Virus record (IMG/VR): IMGVR_UViG_3300021285_000001
Length of the DNA stretch: 62,061 bases
Direction: 5' to 3' (one strand)
DNA from: a virus
The position numbers and the translations under genes are program-made. Positions 7,146 to 16,137 of the stretch are shown in pieces. Under the pieces are notes generated by a model. That model saw only the letters and a list, made by a program, of their open reading frames with translations, searched no databases and was not told where the DNA came from. The stretch's first letter is position 1. Every line of letters starts with the position of its first letter.

Positions 7146-8413
7146 CTGCTGTCCCTCCTTTTATTTCGAGGACAGCGGTCATTCGCTGATTTCCGAAACC
7201 TTTGTAGTCCCTCGCCATAAGACATCCGGCGACGTCTGTGATTGCGTCTAATTCTTGCGCCTGCTTTGAGACGGCGATGCCTATTCGGACACTCTCTCCA
7301 GAATGTACATGGGCTGGGCTGTCTTGAGGCTTCGAGGATGTGCTGATAGTTGTGTTTCTTTGACAGCGACCCCCCCCCCGCGACTCGGAGCGTTCTTCCG
7401 ATTTCGTTCGGGTTGAGGAGACCTGTTTCGTCGCAGATTGCTTTTTCGACTTCCTCTGCTGGCTCGATGATCAGGTTATCCTTCAGCACCGTCGTGAGCG
7501 TGTTGGAGATTCCGTCAGTTCTTGGCTCCGGGGATTTCACGTCAGACCATTTCGCGTCCGTCTCTCCGGCTTCGTATTGCTTTCGGATCTCTTTGCCGTA
7601 TTCGTTTCTGGCGTTTCGTAGAGCGGTAGGCTCTGTTGGCGCGGTGTGAAGTTTGCCTTCTTTCAGCAATTTTTCAAGTGCCTTTTGGATGATGCCTTGC
7701 GCCTTTTCGTCTGAAATGTAGAATTTTTCATCCACATTTTCATCGAGGAAATCGGCGAGCCTCGGCACCTGGTGCCCTTCTTGTTTGCTTGGCATTTTTA
7801 CGGTGTCCGGCAGGTCTTGCCGTGTCGCTATGATGTAGTAGCGCTCGCGGTTTTGGGCTACGTCGAAGTATTTTGAATTATATAATTCGATGTGTCCGAT
7901 GTACCCGCGTCGGTGAAGTTCTTCCATAAGCGTCGGGATGAATTTCTTCAGCCCTTTTACGTTTTCTGCTACCAGGATCGCTGGCATCTGTTCTGGGGCG
8001 TTTTCTTTTGTCTCCTCAAGAAGTCGCATCATTTCAAAAAACATAGCGCTCCTGGTCTTTGCTTTGAAGCTCTGGCTTCCGCACTTCGGGCATTGGGTTG
8101 CGCCCTCTCCGCCGTCGTGTTCCCATTCGGTTTGGCACTCGTTGCAGATAAAAGCGAAGCCTGCCCGCTTTCCAGCGTTGGATAAGTCTTGGCAAGGGAA
8201 ACCGAAAGCCCAGACCGTTGCGGCTGGCACGTCCTTCCAGCACATCTCGCGGATGTCTGCTTCTTTGACGTGGTCTCCGAGGTTTTCTCGGTAGCTCTGA
8301 ACGGCGTATTTGTCAAAGTCCCAGGCTCCGACCACTCGGTATCCTGCGTTTCTGAAGCCGACCGCCATTCCGCCGCATCCGCAGAAGAAGTCGTTCATTG
8401 TCAGTTCGTGCAT
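7142..8413 (-). CDS. C5-cytosine DNA methyltransferase, N-terminal fragment/subunit (motifs I-VIII plus TRD-like repeats); frame disturbed after a G10 tract
   Basis: FFCGCGG (I), GFPCQDLS (IV), LVAENVKGL (VI) and QNRERYYI (VIII). The last 75 codons after RVAGGG are Arg-rich junk, whereas the frame one base over encodes CLMARDYKGFGNQRMTAVLE. Start set to MHELTMNDFF, which has an AAGGAGG RBS. Confidence 0.8.
   Translation of the reverse strand: MHELTMNDFFCGCGGMAVGFRNAGYRVVGAWDFDKYAVQSYRENLGDHVKEADIREMCWKDVPAATVWAFGFPCQDLSNAGKRAGFAFICNECQTEWEHDGGEGATQCPKCGSQSFKAKTRSAMFFEMMRLLEETKENAPEQMPAILVAENVKGLKKFIPTLMEELHRRGYIGHIELYNSKYFDVAQNRERYYIIATRQDLPDTVKMPSKQEGHQVPRLADFLDENVDEKFYISDEKAQGIIQKALEKLLKEGKLHTAPTEPTALRNARNEYGKEIRKQYEAGETDAKWSDVKSPEPRTDGISNTLTTVLKDNLIIEPAEEVEKAICDETGLLNPNEIGRTLRVAGGGSLSKKHNYQHILEASRQPSPCTFWRECPNRHRRLKAGARIRRNHRRRRMSYGEGLQRFRKSANDRCPRNKRRDSR
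7370..7379 (-). repeat. G10 homopolymer (C10 on plus strand) inside the C5-MTase gene
   Basis: Read directly; coordinates confirmed by codon arithmetic. Context on the minus strand is TCGC-G10-T. Confidence 0.9.
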
Positions 8414-8424
8414 CTTATTCCTCC

Positions 8425-9486
8425 TTATTTCGTTCTCCAGCTCTCCCAGTACATCTCCATTCCGGCGCACATCTCGCGGAGGCGGTCGAGGGTCTTTTCG
8501 GCGTTCCTCGTGTCTCCGAGTTTGCCGCCGTAGGTCGGCGTCATCCTGCGGATCAGTTCGTCTCCGGTGTAGTTGGTCGTTACGATGGTCGGCATATAAG
8601 CCTCGTACCGTGCGTTGATGATGGAGTAGATGTGGGTGTTTCCCCATTCGGTTGGTTGCTCGCTTCCGATGTCGTCAATGATGAGGAGGGGGATTTCCTC
8701 GTATAATCTCATGACTTCCGCTTCGGTCGCGGTGTCGTCCTTCTCGAAGGTGCTTTTTATCTTCGCCAGCAGGTCGATCATGGTCATACAAATGACCGCC
8801 GTTCCGCCCTGCATGAGTTGGTTGGCGATGGCGCAGGCGAGGTGTGTTTTGCCGGTGCCGTAGCTGCCGGTGATGAACAGCCCGTTCCGCTCCTTCTTCG
8901 GCGGTACCACGTTCCCGCGTTCGTCTTTGGTGGGGAGCATGATCGGGAAGCTGTCGGCGTATCTCTTGCACTTCTCGTATGCCTTCCGGTTGATGTCTGT
9001 TACCTCGAAACGGTCAAACGTCCGGTTTGCGAAGCGTCCACGGATCCCGCTCTCTCTGACGAGCCGTGCCACGCGCTTCCGCATCCATTCCATTTCCTTT
9101 TGGCGTTGTTCCTCGGCTTCGGCTTCCTTTTTCAGTCGTTCCTGTTCAGCCCAGTATTCCTGTGCCTTATCGCAGTCGCACCGTTCCGGCTCCTCAAACC
9201 ATAGAAAAACCTCATGCTTACCCTCGAAGTTCTTCAGTCCGTAGTGGTATAGCGTCTTTCCGCAGAATTGGCAGGTTTTCGGCTCCGGTGGATCCGTTCG
9301 CATCTTCCAGCCCTCTGCTATTGCTGTGTCGCTTCGGATTTGGAACCCGTTCGGCTCTTTGTCTTGGTCTTCATCCTCATTCGGATTTGAAGCCTGCGGG
9401 GGTGCCATTGCCGCCTTTTCTTCTCTGGTAAGCGGCACCGACATCGCTGCTGCTATCAGCCCGCCTATTGGCGTCATGTCTGCCAT
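8425..9486 (-). CDS. DnaC/IstB-like AAA+ helicase loader
   Basis: Walker A GSYGTGKTHLACAIANQL and Walker B LLIIDDIGSE, with an N-terminal CxxC-containing region. The exact start is uncertain because it overlaps the upstream ORF by about 110 nt. Confidence 0.85.
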   Translation of the reverse strand: MADMTPIGGLIAAAMSVPLTREEKAAMAPPQASNPNEDEDQDKEPNGFQIRSDTAIAEGWKMRTDPPEPKTCQFCGKTLYHYGLKNFEGKHEVFLWFEEPERCDCDKAQEYWAEQERLKKEAEAEEQRQKEMEWMRKRVARLVRESGIRGRFANRTFDRFEVTDINRKAYEKCKRYADSFPIMLPTKDERGNVVPPKKERNGLFITGSYGTGKTHLACAIANQLMQGGTAVICMTMIDLLAKIKSTFEKDDTATEAEVMRLYEEIPLLIIDDIGSEQPTEWGNTHIYSIINARYEAYMPTIVTTNYTGDELIRRMTPTYGGKLGDTRNAEKTLDRLREMCAGMEMYWESWRTK

Positions 9487-10201
9487 CGTCTCTCACCTCC
9501 TTGATTTCGTTGTCCCAGTAGCCGCCGTTCAGCCACGTCGCGGGGTATGGTATGTAGCGCCCATTTTCGCGCTGCCAGTCCTCGCTTCGCTTCTGAAGCT
9601 CGACGGCTTTCATGATCTTTTCAAAGAGCGCGGTGTTCGGTTTGATTTTCTTCCACGCTTTTACGGCGTTCTGTTTTGCCTTCTTGTTCGGGTAGGCTTC
9701 CCAGAAGGCGTCAAAGCGTTTTTCGAGCAGCGTCTCCGTTGACGGTGGCTGGTCGTCCGATTCCGCGTCGGCGTCCGCTGGTTTCGGGTCGCCGTTTTCT
9801 TCGTCTTTGTATGGTGCTGGCACAGTGCTTTCACTGTGCTTGTTTGGTGCTTCTTGTTCTCGGCATCCGGGCGGCGGGGGTATCTCGCTGTCTTTTTCCT
9901 TCATGTTGGGGTTTTGGTGCTTCGAGAAGTTGTCGATCTGGATGTATGCCGTTCCGTCCACCTCGTATCTGGTGATGAAGCCGGAGTCAGCGAGTTGCTG
10001 AAGCATTCCGTTCGCTTCCTCGGCGGTTACGTCGTCGTATCCCAGCAACGTCTTCTTAATTCGGAGAGGTCGGTCTTCAAGCCGCCCCTCTCGGTCTGCG
10101 ATGCACCATAGTCCGATGAACAGGAGCCGCGTCAGCGGGTCAAGCCCGCCCAGTATATCGTTGTCAAAGAACGCCGGTTTGATGTTTCTTGTTCTCGCCA
10201 C
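9377..10201 (-). CDS. Replication initiator / replisome organiser-like protein
   Basis: N-terminus NIKPAFFDNDILGGLDPLTRLLFIGLWCIADREGRLEDRP and C-terminal YPATWLNGGYWDNE are typical of phage replication organiser proteins. Located upstream of the loader. Confidence 0.6.
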   Translation of the reverse strand: MARTRNIKPAFFDNDILGGLDPLTRLLFIGLWCIADREGRLEDRPLRIKKTLLGYDDVTAEEANGMLQQLADSGFITRYEVDGTAYIQIDNFSKHQNPNMKEKDSEIPPPPGCREQEAPNKHSESTVPAPYKDEENGDPKPADADAESDDQPPSTETLLEKRFDAFWEAYPNKKAKQNAVKAWKKIKPNTALFEKIMKAVELQKRSEDWQRENGRYIPYPATWLNGGYWDNEIKEVRDDGRHDANRRADSSSDVGAAYQRRKGGNGTPAGFKSE

Positions 10202-10222
10202 TTGCGTTCCTCCTTCCTGTGG

Positions 10223-10924
10223 TTAGCATACGTACACCTCCGTGCCTGTCAGCTTCTGGACTGCCGTCTTGAAGCGGTCAGCGTCGCTGTTGTTGTTGGA
10301 AAGGTGCAGCAGGTATATTTGCTTTACGCTCCGCAGGTCGTTTGCTCGCAGCAGATCAAGGAAGTGTTCGAGGCTCATGTGGCTTTTGACCAGCCTCGGC
10401 ACGAGTTCCGGTGGAACGTAGCCCTTCCTTACGCTCTCCTCGATGATGTCCATGCTGTAGTTGCATTCTCCCATGATGTGTGTTAGTCCCTCGAAGCGGT
10501 ATTTGATGTAGTAGGTGTCTGTGAAATATAGGAGCTTCTCGCCGGTGGCTCTTGACGTCAGCAGGTAGCCGAGCGGCTCTTTCGCGTCGTGCTGGACATC
10601 GAAGGGAAGGACGGCAAACGTGCCGATCTGTATTTCCTTTAATGCCTCCACGGGCTTTGCACGATGCCCTGTGAGTTTGCTGGCGTCGAGCGTCCCTCTG
10701 CTGGCATAAATGTTCACGCCTGCTCTGGCGAGGTCTCCTGCGGCTTTGACGTGGTCTCCGTGTTCGTGTGTGATAAGGCAGCCAGTCAAATCACGAACGC
10801 GGAAATTCAGCGCCTTCTGTATGGCTTTCAGCGGGATCCCCGCATCGAGGAGCAGGGCTGTGGTGCCGTCGCTTACGCGGTAGGCGTTGCCGCTGCTTCC
10901 CGATGCGATGACCGTGATGTTCAT
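10223..10924 (-). CDS. Metallo-beta-lactamase-fold hydrolase
   Basis: ITHEHGDHVKA (HxHxDH) plus downstream His/Asp positions. Adjacent to the recT-like gene. Confidence 0.85.
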   Translation of the reverse strand: MNITVIASGSSGNAYRVSDGTTALLLDAGIPLKAIQKALNFRVRDLTGCLITHEHGDHVKAAGDLARAGVNIYASRGTLDASKLTGHRAKPVEALKEIQIGTFAVLPFDVQHDAKEPLGYLLTSRATGEKLLYFTDTYYIKYRFEGLTHIMGECNYSMDIIEESVRKGYVPPELVPRLVKSHMSLEHFLDLLRANDLRSVKQIYLLHLSNNNSDADRFKTAVQKLTGTEVYVC

Positions 10925-11985
10925 CAGAAGTCCATCCCGTCGTCCGGCTCTGCAGGTGCTGCCGTGCCTGCGTCGATAACTTCGCCGGTCTCGGTGTTCA
11001 CCGTCTTGGTCGGTGCCGAAAGCGCAGGCTTTTCCGGTGTGGTGTCGATGAGCGTCGCGTTGGCGCTGGCGGTGATCTCTGCCTGCGCTTCGATCTCTGC
11101 GTAGCGGGCTTCGCGCATCTTCATGTACTGGTAGCTGTCGTCTACCTTCTTCGGGTCTCTCGGCAGGTGCTTCGCGCTGAAGGCTTCGCGGATGATGGTC
11201 TTCCTGACCATTTCGTCCTTCCAGCCCTCGACTTCGGTCTCGACCTGTTTGCCATTCTCCCAGACCTTTGCCTTGCCGCCCCAGAAGTTCGCGCTGGCGT
11301 ATTTGGGCTTGCGCTTCTCGATGTCCTTCATCGACATGATGATGAGTTCGTTCTTGGTCGGGTCTTCAAATTCGAGGTAGGCGAAGCCGCCGACGATCTC
11401 GCCTCTGTCAAACGGCGCGGTGATCTCGAATTCGTAGTTCTCCACGCGGTTGCTGCCGCCCTTCTTGATGGGCTTGAAGTTGTCGGTGCTGTAGACGACC
11501 TCAATGGTTACGGCTGTCGGTACCTCGACCGCGTATTTCTCGGCAATGTAGCGGATTCCGTTGTATCCTTCCATCAGGGTGACGTCGTAGTTGTTGCGCT
11601 TGTTGTTCTTGTAAGGGATTGGGAACAGCATATTGTCCTGCGTCATGTCCAGTCCCATGCGGGCGTAATGCACAAGGTCAAGCGCGAGGTCGTTCAGGTT
11701 GACCGTGTTCCATGTAACCGGCAGGTCGTTGTCGTATTTGTGGTCTTTGTTGTTCTCGTTCTTGCGGATGCGCTCCTCCTCGGCTGCTTTGAGGGCGCGG
11801 TCGATTACGATGAAGTATCCCTGAATGAGCGTTCTCTGGTAGTCCGTTACCTGCATCGCTCCGGCGACGCTGCCGCCGAATTCCTTCAGGACGGTGTTGG
11901 TGAAGCGTTCGCTCATTGCGAGCTGCTCCTGCTTCGTGGTCGCGGGGGCTGTGTTCTCCGCTTTGGTGATTTCTTTGGTTGCCAT
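10924..11985 (-). CDS. recT: RecT-family single-strand annealing recombinase
   Basis: Central region (YARMGLD, LMEGYNGIRYIAEKY, GGFAYLEF, MVRKTIIREA) looks RecT-like. Start set to MATKEI, which has a GGAGG RBS. Confidence 0.7.
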   Translation of the reverse strand: MATKEITKAENTAPATTKQEQLAMSERFTNTVLKEFGGSVAGAMQVTDYQRTLIQGYFIVIDRALKAAEEERIRKNENNKDHKYDNDLPVTWNTVNLNDLALDLVHYARMGLDMTQDNMLFPIPYKNNKRNNYDVTLMEGYNGIRYIAEKYAVEVPTAVTIEVVYSTDNFKPIKKGGSNRVENYEFEITAPFDRGEIVGGFAYLEFEDPTKNELIIMSMKDIEKRKPKYASANFWGGKAKVWENGKQVETEVEGWKDEMVRKTIIREAFSAKHLPRDPKKVDDSYQYMKMREARYAEIEAQAEITASANATLIDTTPEKPALSAPTKTVNTETGEVIDAGTAAPAEPDDGMDF

Positions 11986-12004
11986 GTTTCTTTCCTCCAG
12001 TTTT

Positions 12005-12460
12005 TTATTCTGCATCTTCGACATCGAAGAGTGTCAGTTGATTTGGGTCCGGTGTGGCGGCTCTCTTTTCCGCCTGTTCCTTCATTTTGCAAACGTGACC
12101 GTATCCGTCTTCGACCGCCTGCTTGCTGGTCAGCAGTCCTCCGCATCGTTTGCACCTGCGGGCTTTAATGATGAACGTCTCCGGCTCGATCCGCTCTTTG
12201 TCGAGAATAATCAGCTTGAAGTAGGTCTCGCCGTCTTCGGCTCCCCAGTCCGGGTTACCAGTTCCTTTTTCCACTCTGGCTCTGACCTTGAGCGTCGGTG
12301 AGGTCGCAGAGTATCCGTTTCGGAGTGTGCATTCGATTTCCTCTCCGATGAACGGCTCCAGCCTTGCGCGGTAGTATGGCGTGTCGGCTCGGTATTCCTC
12401 CGTCTTGATGCCTCGGTCGATCAGGTCAAACCATTGTCTCTTAATCGGGAATATCAGCAT
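12005..12460 (-). CDS. ASCH (PUA-like) domain protein
   Basis: MLIFPIKRQWFDLIDRGIKTEEYR is the ASCH N-terminal signature. Cys-containing basic C-terminal tail. Confidence 0.6.
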   Translation of the reverse strand: MLIFPIKRQWFDLIDRGIKTEEYRADTPYYRARLEPFIGEEIECTLRNGYSATSPTLKVRARVEKGTGNPDWGAEDGETYFKLIILDKERIEPETFIIKARRCKRCGGLLTSKQAVEDGYGHVCKMKEQAEKRAATPDPNQLTLFDVEDAE

Positions 12461-14438
12461 TGTCTTCCACCTCCGTGCGGAGCTTCTTGTCGGCTTCGCT
12501 GACTACAAGGCGGATTGTCTGGGTGTCGCTCTCGGTTAGGTGTGTTACGCTTTCCGCGTTGTCGATGAACACCGGCATCTTGATTCCCCAGTGTTCTGAA
12601 AGGGTAGCGATGATCTCCAGCCCTGCGTTGATTCTGGCGGCGTTGTTGGCGAAGGTGTAAGGCACCAGCCTGCCGTCCGCGGTCGGGATCATGACCTCGC
12701 AGTCTTCTTTCAGCCCGCCGTTGATTTGTTCTTGGAAAAGGCGGAAGCGGACGCTCTTGAATTTGGCGTTGATTCTGTCTGTCAGGGCGCTGACCTTCTC
12801 TTTGGTGAAAAGGTCGCAAAGGTACAGCCCTTTTTCCAGTTCCTCAAATTCTGCACCGAGGCGTTTCTCCTGCTTTTCGAGTTCTCCGATCCGGCGCTGC
12901 TGGTTTTCCGCCATTGTGATCTGCATCAGCTTGTCTCGTTCCTCGCGTATCGCGTCGCCTACGGCTCTTATTTCGCGCTCTGCGGCGTTTTGTGCTTCGG
13001 TGGTCGCTTTACCCGCGTCGGCGAGTTTCACTTCCAGATCGGCGAGTTTCGCGCCCAGAACGGCGTATTCGTTGCTGTCCTCGTATAGTGTCTTCGGGGC
13101 GATCCTTCCGCGCAGGGCTTCGAGGGTTTCCTCTTTGGCTCTCTGCTCCTCCAGCATTTCCTCGTGTCTGGTCTTGAGGGCGCTGATTTCCGCTTTCAGC
13201 GCGGCGATTTGCTCTTTGCTGGCTTCGGTCTTGCCTCTGCGGTTGATTTCTTCGAGTTTCTTGCTCTTGCGGAGATTGAAGTCCTCGCGCATCTGTTCCA
13301 CACGGTCGGTGGGTAGCACCTGCCCGCAGGTGGGGCATACGCTCTGGCTTTCATCCCACATCTCGGCGCTGACGGTCTGGTATTCGGTTACCAGTTGCGC
13401 TCTGGCTCTTTCGAGGGCGTCGAGTGATGCCGCTTTGCGCCTGATCTCGATTTCGATGTCCTCGGCATCGTGCTTCGCTTTGCTGGCGGCTCTCTGGGCG
13501 AGAAGGATGTCGGCTTCGACCTCGGCGTTTTTGTCGTTCTCCGCCTTGATGTGCGCTGCTCTGCCTTCTGCGATCTGCGTCTTGACTTCTGCGATCTGCT
13601 GCCTGATGTCCGCTGTGGCGCTGTCGCTGGTGGCTGCCTCCGCTTTTTTCGTCATGAGGGATTCGCGCTTCTTCTCAAGGGCAGCGATATTTCTTTCGAT
13701 GTCTTCTGCGTTCAGCCCTGCAATGTCAGGGATTGCCTGCGACGCTTCGTCGATTCGTGCCGGTATCTCGGTGAGCTGCCGGTTGATCTCGGCACGTCTG
13801 GCCGCAGCGACCTTTCGGTATTCTTCGGTGGTGTAGTATTGCTCTGCCGTTCCGTTCATTTGGAGAAAGTCTGGCAGGTCTTTCAGTTCGGGATTTCCGG
13901 CGATGATTTCCTCATCCGTAATGTCGCCGCAAATCTCCAGCAGGATTTTCCGCCTCGCGTCCCATGCGAGCTGTTCGGGGAAGTAATCGGGCATTGTGAG
14001 CATCTTCGGCTTCTCGGCGTCGCCGCCGCAGAAGGCGAGGACGCTGGCGGTGAATTCCTTCTCCTTGACCGGCACTCCGTCGATCTCGTAGTCGACCGTG
14101 TGTCCGTCGAATTCTTCCCGCGCTGATCCGCGCTTCTTCTTGTAGATTTCCTTGTAGGTCTTTTTGAGGGTAACGACGCGCCCTTCGTCCGTGCTGAAGA
14201 TTGCCTCCGAGCTGTGTTCGAGGTGGTGAAGGTCGCCGTCCGCGCCTTTGGTCTTCGGGGTGAAGTTCTTCGCTGCGGTGCTTGCCTTGTCGAACAGGAG
14301 CCACGTCAGGGCGTTGTAGACGGTCGTTTTGCCGGTTGCGTTGTCGCCGTAAATGCTGGCGGACTGTCCGTTCTTGAAGTCAAGGGTCAGGGATTTGATG
14401 CCCTGAAAGTTGTTAAGCGTAAGCCGTAGCAGTCTCAT
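12441..14438 (-). CDS. Rad50/SbcC-like AAA ATPase with long coiled coil
   Basis: Walker A GDNATGKTTVYNAL, about 350 aa of heptad-rich coiled coil with a central CPTCGQ hook-like motif, and a C-terminal VFIDNAESV. Start at MRLLRL, which has an AAGGAG RBS. Confidence 0.85.
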   Translation of the reverse strand: MRLLRLTLNNFQGIKSLTLDFKNGQSASIYGDNATGKTTVYNALTWLLFDKASTAAKNFTPKTKGADGDLHHLEHSSEAIFSTDEGRVVTLKKTYKEIYKKKRGSAREEFDGHTVDYEIDGVPVKEKEFTASVLAFCGGDAEKPKMLTMPDYFPEQLAWDARRKILLEICGDITDEEIIAGNPELKDLPDFLQMNGTAEQYYTTEEYRKVAAARRAEINRQLTEIPARIDEASQAIPDIAGLNAEDIERNIAALEKKRESLMTKKAEAATSDSATADIRQQIAEVKTQIAEGRAAHIKAENDKNAEVEADILLAQRAASKAKHDAEDIEIEIRRKAASLDALERARAQLVTEYQTVSAEMWDESQSVCPTCGQVLPTDRVEQMREDFNLRKSKKLEEINRRGKTEASKEQIAALKAEISALKTRHEEMLEEQRAKEETLEALRGRIAPKTLYEDSNEYAVLGAKLADLEVKLADAGKATTEAQNAAEREIRAVGDAIREERDKLMQITMAENQQRRIGELEKQEKRLGAEFEELEKGLYLCDLFTKEKVSALTDRINAKFKSVRFRLFQEQINGGLKEDCEVMIPTADGRLVPYTFANNAARINAGLEIIATLSEHWGIKMPVFIDNAESVTHLTESDTQTIRLVVSEADKKLRTEVEDNADIPD

Positions 14439-14697
14439 GTGCTTTGCTCCTTTCAATCATTATCTGGCGGCTCCTTGCCACCGTGTAGTCGCTGAATTCA
14501 TCCTCGCTGATACGCTCCTGCACCAGTTTTCCGAGGTAGTAGGGTTTTCTGCGCTCTCCGTTCAGGTCTCCCTCGCGGCTGATGATACGCTCCAGCTTTT
14601 GCTGTGCGAGGGGGAGTGCGTGTCTCCATTCTTCGTCGGTTATCTCTCTGCCGAGGTATCCGCAGGCTTCGTCTCGTACTTCTTCTTCGTAGGTCAT
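14413..14697 (-). CDS. Hypothetical protein
   Basis: Start at MTYEEEV, 8 nt after AAGGAGG. The longer tracked ORF has no RBS. Confidence 0.45.
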   Translation of the reverse strand: MTYEEEVRDEACGYLGREITDEEWRHALPLAQQKLERIISREGDLNGERRKPYYLGKLVQERISEDEFSDYTVARSRQIMIERSKAHETATAYA

Positions 14698-14710
14698 GGT
14701 CATTCCTCCT

Positions 14711-15361
14711 TTAGTTTTCGTAGGGGCTTTCGAGGCTCCAGTCCCATTTCGTTCCGTTCGTGTAAGCGTTTCTGAAGGTGTTTGTGGATCCGTTGCCTTC
14801 AAACCATTGATATTCGAGCGGAAGGACGCGCCCTGTGTTTATGTATCCGGCTTTCTCGGCATACCAGCGTGTGAGGACGTCCTCTGCGATGGCTTTGAAT
14901 TCATCGGTCGCAGGGAAGCTGGCGTCATATCCCTGAAACTGGTTTTTGAAGGTTACGACGTGTTCGATTGTACCGCCGCAGGCGTAGCCGGTGCTGTCCA
15001 CCCTGTTGAGAACACACCAGACGACCGCCGCCTGCTGGGTCTTGCTCTTTACGCCTCTGGCTTCGCCCCAGATCAGCTTTGCGAGCATTTCAATGTCTTC
15101 TTGGTCTGGGTGCTGAATTTCCGGCAGCTCTGCTGCTTCGTCGGTTTTGAAGTATAAAAGGTTGATGACCTCCGGCTCTGTGCCTTGCATCTTGGTGATC
15201 GTCACGCTGGTTGCGCTTTCTTCCATCGCGTTTACTTTGTCTGGGATCGTTTCTTTTGTTCCGGCTGATGTTGCGGCTATGGTTGCTGCGATGATGATTC
15301 CGATTGCCAGTCCTACGACGGCTATTCCTATTTTTCTGATATCGATTCTCCTGATTCTCAT
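14711..15361 (-). CDS. Membrane-anchored SleB-type cell wall hydrolase
   Basis: N-terminal TM helix (IAVVGLAIGIIIAATIAA), then LLAKLIWGEARGV...AAVVWCVLNRVDS, typical of the SleB/CwlJ hydrolase family. Confidence 0.7.
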   Translation of the reverse strand: MRIRRIDIRKIGIAVVGLAIGIIIAATIAATSAGTKETIPDKVNAMEESATSVTITKMQGTEPEVINLLYFKTDEAAELPEIQHPDQEDIEMLAKLIWGEARGVKSKTQQAAVVWCVLNRVDSTGYACGGTIEHVVTFKNQFQGYDASFPATDEFKAIAEDVLTRWYAEKAGYINTGRVLPLEYQWFEGNGSTNTFRNAYTNGTKWDWSLESPYEN

Positions 15362-15378
15362 GGCTTGCTCCTTTCGTT

Positions 15379-15570
15379 TTAGCAGTAGACCCGCTCCAGC
15401 AGGTACCGCTTTGAAATCCGCCCTTTGACGGTGATTTTTCCTTTGTCCTCCAGTTCCTTGTTGAGCTTCTGCATGACCTTGTATGCGTGGCTCTCGCTGC
15501 AGTCGAGGAGGGAGGCGACATCTGTTACCCGCAGGAATTTCTGTTCTCCGGTTTCGGTCTTATTTTCCAT
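15379..15570 (-). CDS. Small helix-turn-helix DNA-binding protein (excisionase/MerR-like family)
   Basis: KFLRVTDVASLLDCSESHAYKVMQKLN...GRISKRYLLE matches the short phage/ICE HTH family. Confidence 0.6.
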   Translation of the reverse strand: MENKTETGEQKFLRVTDVASLLDCSESHAYKVMQKLNKELEDKGKITVKGRISKRYLLERVYC

Positions 15571-16060
15571 GTCGTTTTCCTCCTTTCAGATTTTTGCTGA
15601 TGAACAGCTTTGTCTCTTGTGCTACGACCTCGATGCGCTCCAGCGCTGTGGCGATCTGCGCGACCTGGTCGTATTCGTCCGGCGTGATGTTTCCGTCCTT
15701 CGCCACTTCAAGGATTGTCTCCCTGATTTTGCTGGTCTCGCCGAGGGCGGTCACTATGCAAATCGTCAAGCGGTCGAGGCTTCGCATCTCCGCTGGCGGC
15801 ACCGTCTTCTTTCCGAGGGGGCATACCTTCGAGCAGTAGTGGTTTATCAGTTGCGGGGCGTCGTATGTATCCGCCATGAGCATCACTTCTTCTGGGTATG
15901 GTGTGATCTGTCCGAGTTCGATCCGCGCCAGCCGTGTCCTGTCTATTCCGGTTTCCTCCGATGCTCCTTCTCGGCTCGCCAGTCGGTCGTTGCACGATGC
16001 GGCGGCGATTCGTGCTTTATAAAAGTCGTTGTCGGCGCACATCGTGGATTGTTTAGGCAT
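15560..16060 (-). CDS. XRE-type HTH regulator with C-terminal helical domain
   Basis: SEETGIDRTRLARIELGQITPYPEEV is an XRE HTH. Second gene of the cro-side operon. Confidence 0.55.
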   Translation of the reverse strand: MPKQSTMCADNDFYKARIAAASCNDRLASREGASEETGIDRTRLARIELGQITPYPEEVMLMADTYDAPQLINHYCSKVCPLGKKTVPPAEMRSLDRLTICIVTALGETSKIRETILEVAKDGNITPDEYDQVAQIATALERIEVVAQETKLFISKNLKGGKRHGK

Positions 16061-16137
16061 ATATTTCTGTGCCTCCTTCCGCTATAATTAAATCAATGAG
16101 TTCTCGCAATGTGAGGGTAGCTGGGGTCGCCTTGCGG

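Noticed and set aside
8414-8647. N-terminal 78-codon extension of the tracked C5-MTase ORF, and similar 5' extensions of other tracked ORFs (portal 57023-57169, metK 4724-4747, endolysin 25218-25235 and others).
   Set aside because: The extensions overlap upstream genes or intergenic repeats and are Arg/His-rich. An internal Met preceded by AAGGAGG at 6-10 nt is present in each case.
9377-9486. 110-nt overlap between the replication organiser and the DnaC-like ORF as a programmed frameshift.
   Set aside because: I saw no slippery heptamer. Later in-frame Met codons (MSVPL, MAPPQ) can serve as the loader start, so ordinary start-site ambiguity is the simpler explanation.
15905-15935. tRNA T-loop-like string GAGTTCGATCC.
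   Set aside because: It lies inside a coding HTH gene, and the flanks cannot form T-stem, acceptor or anticodon arms. I found no tRNA genes in the window.
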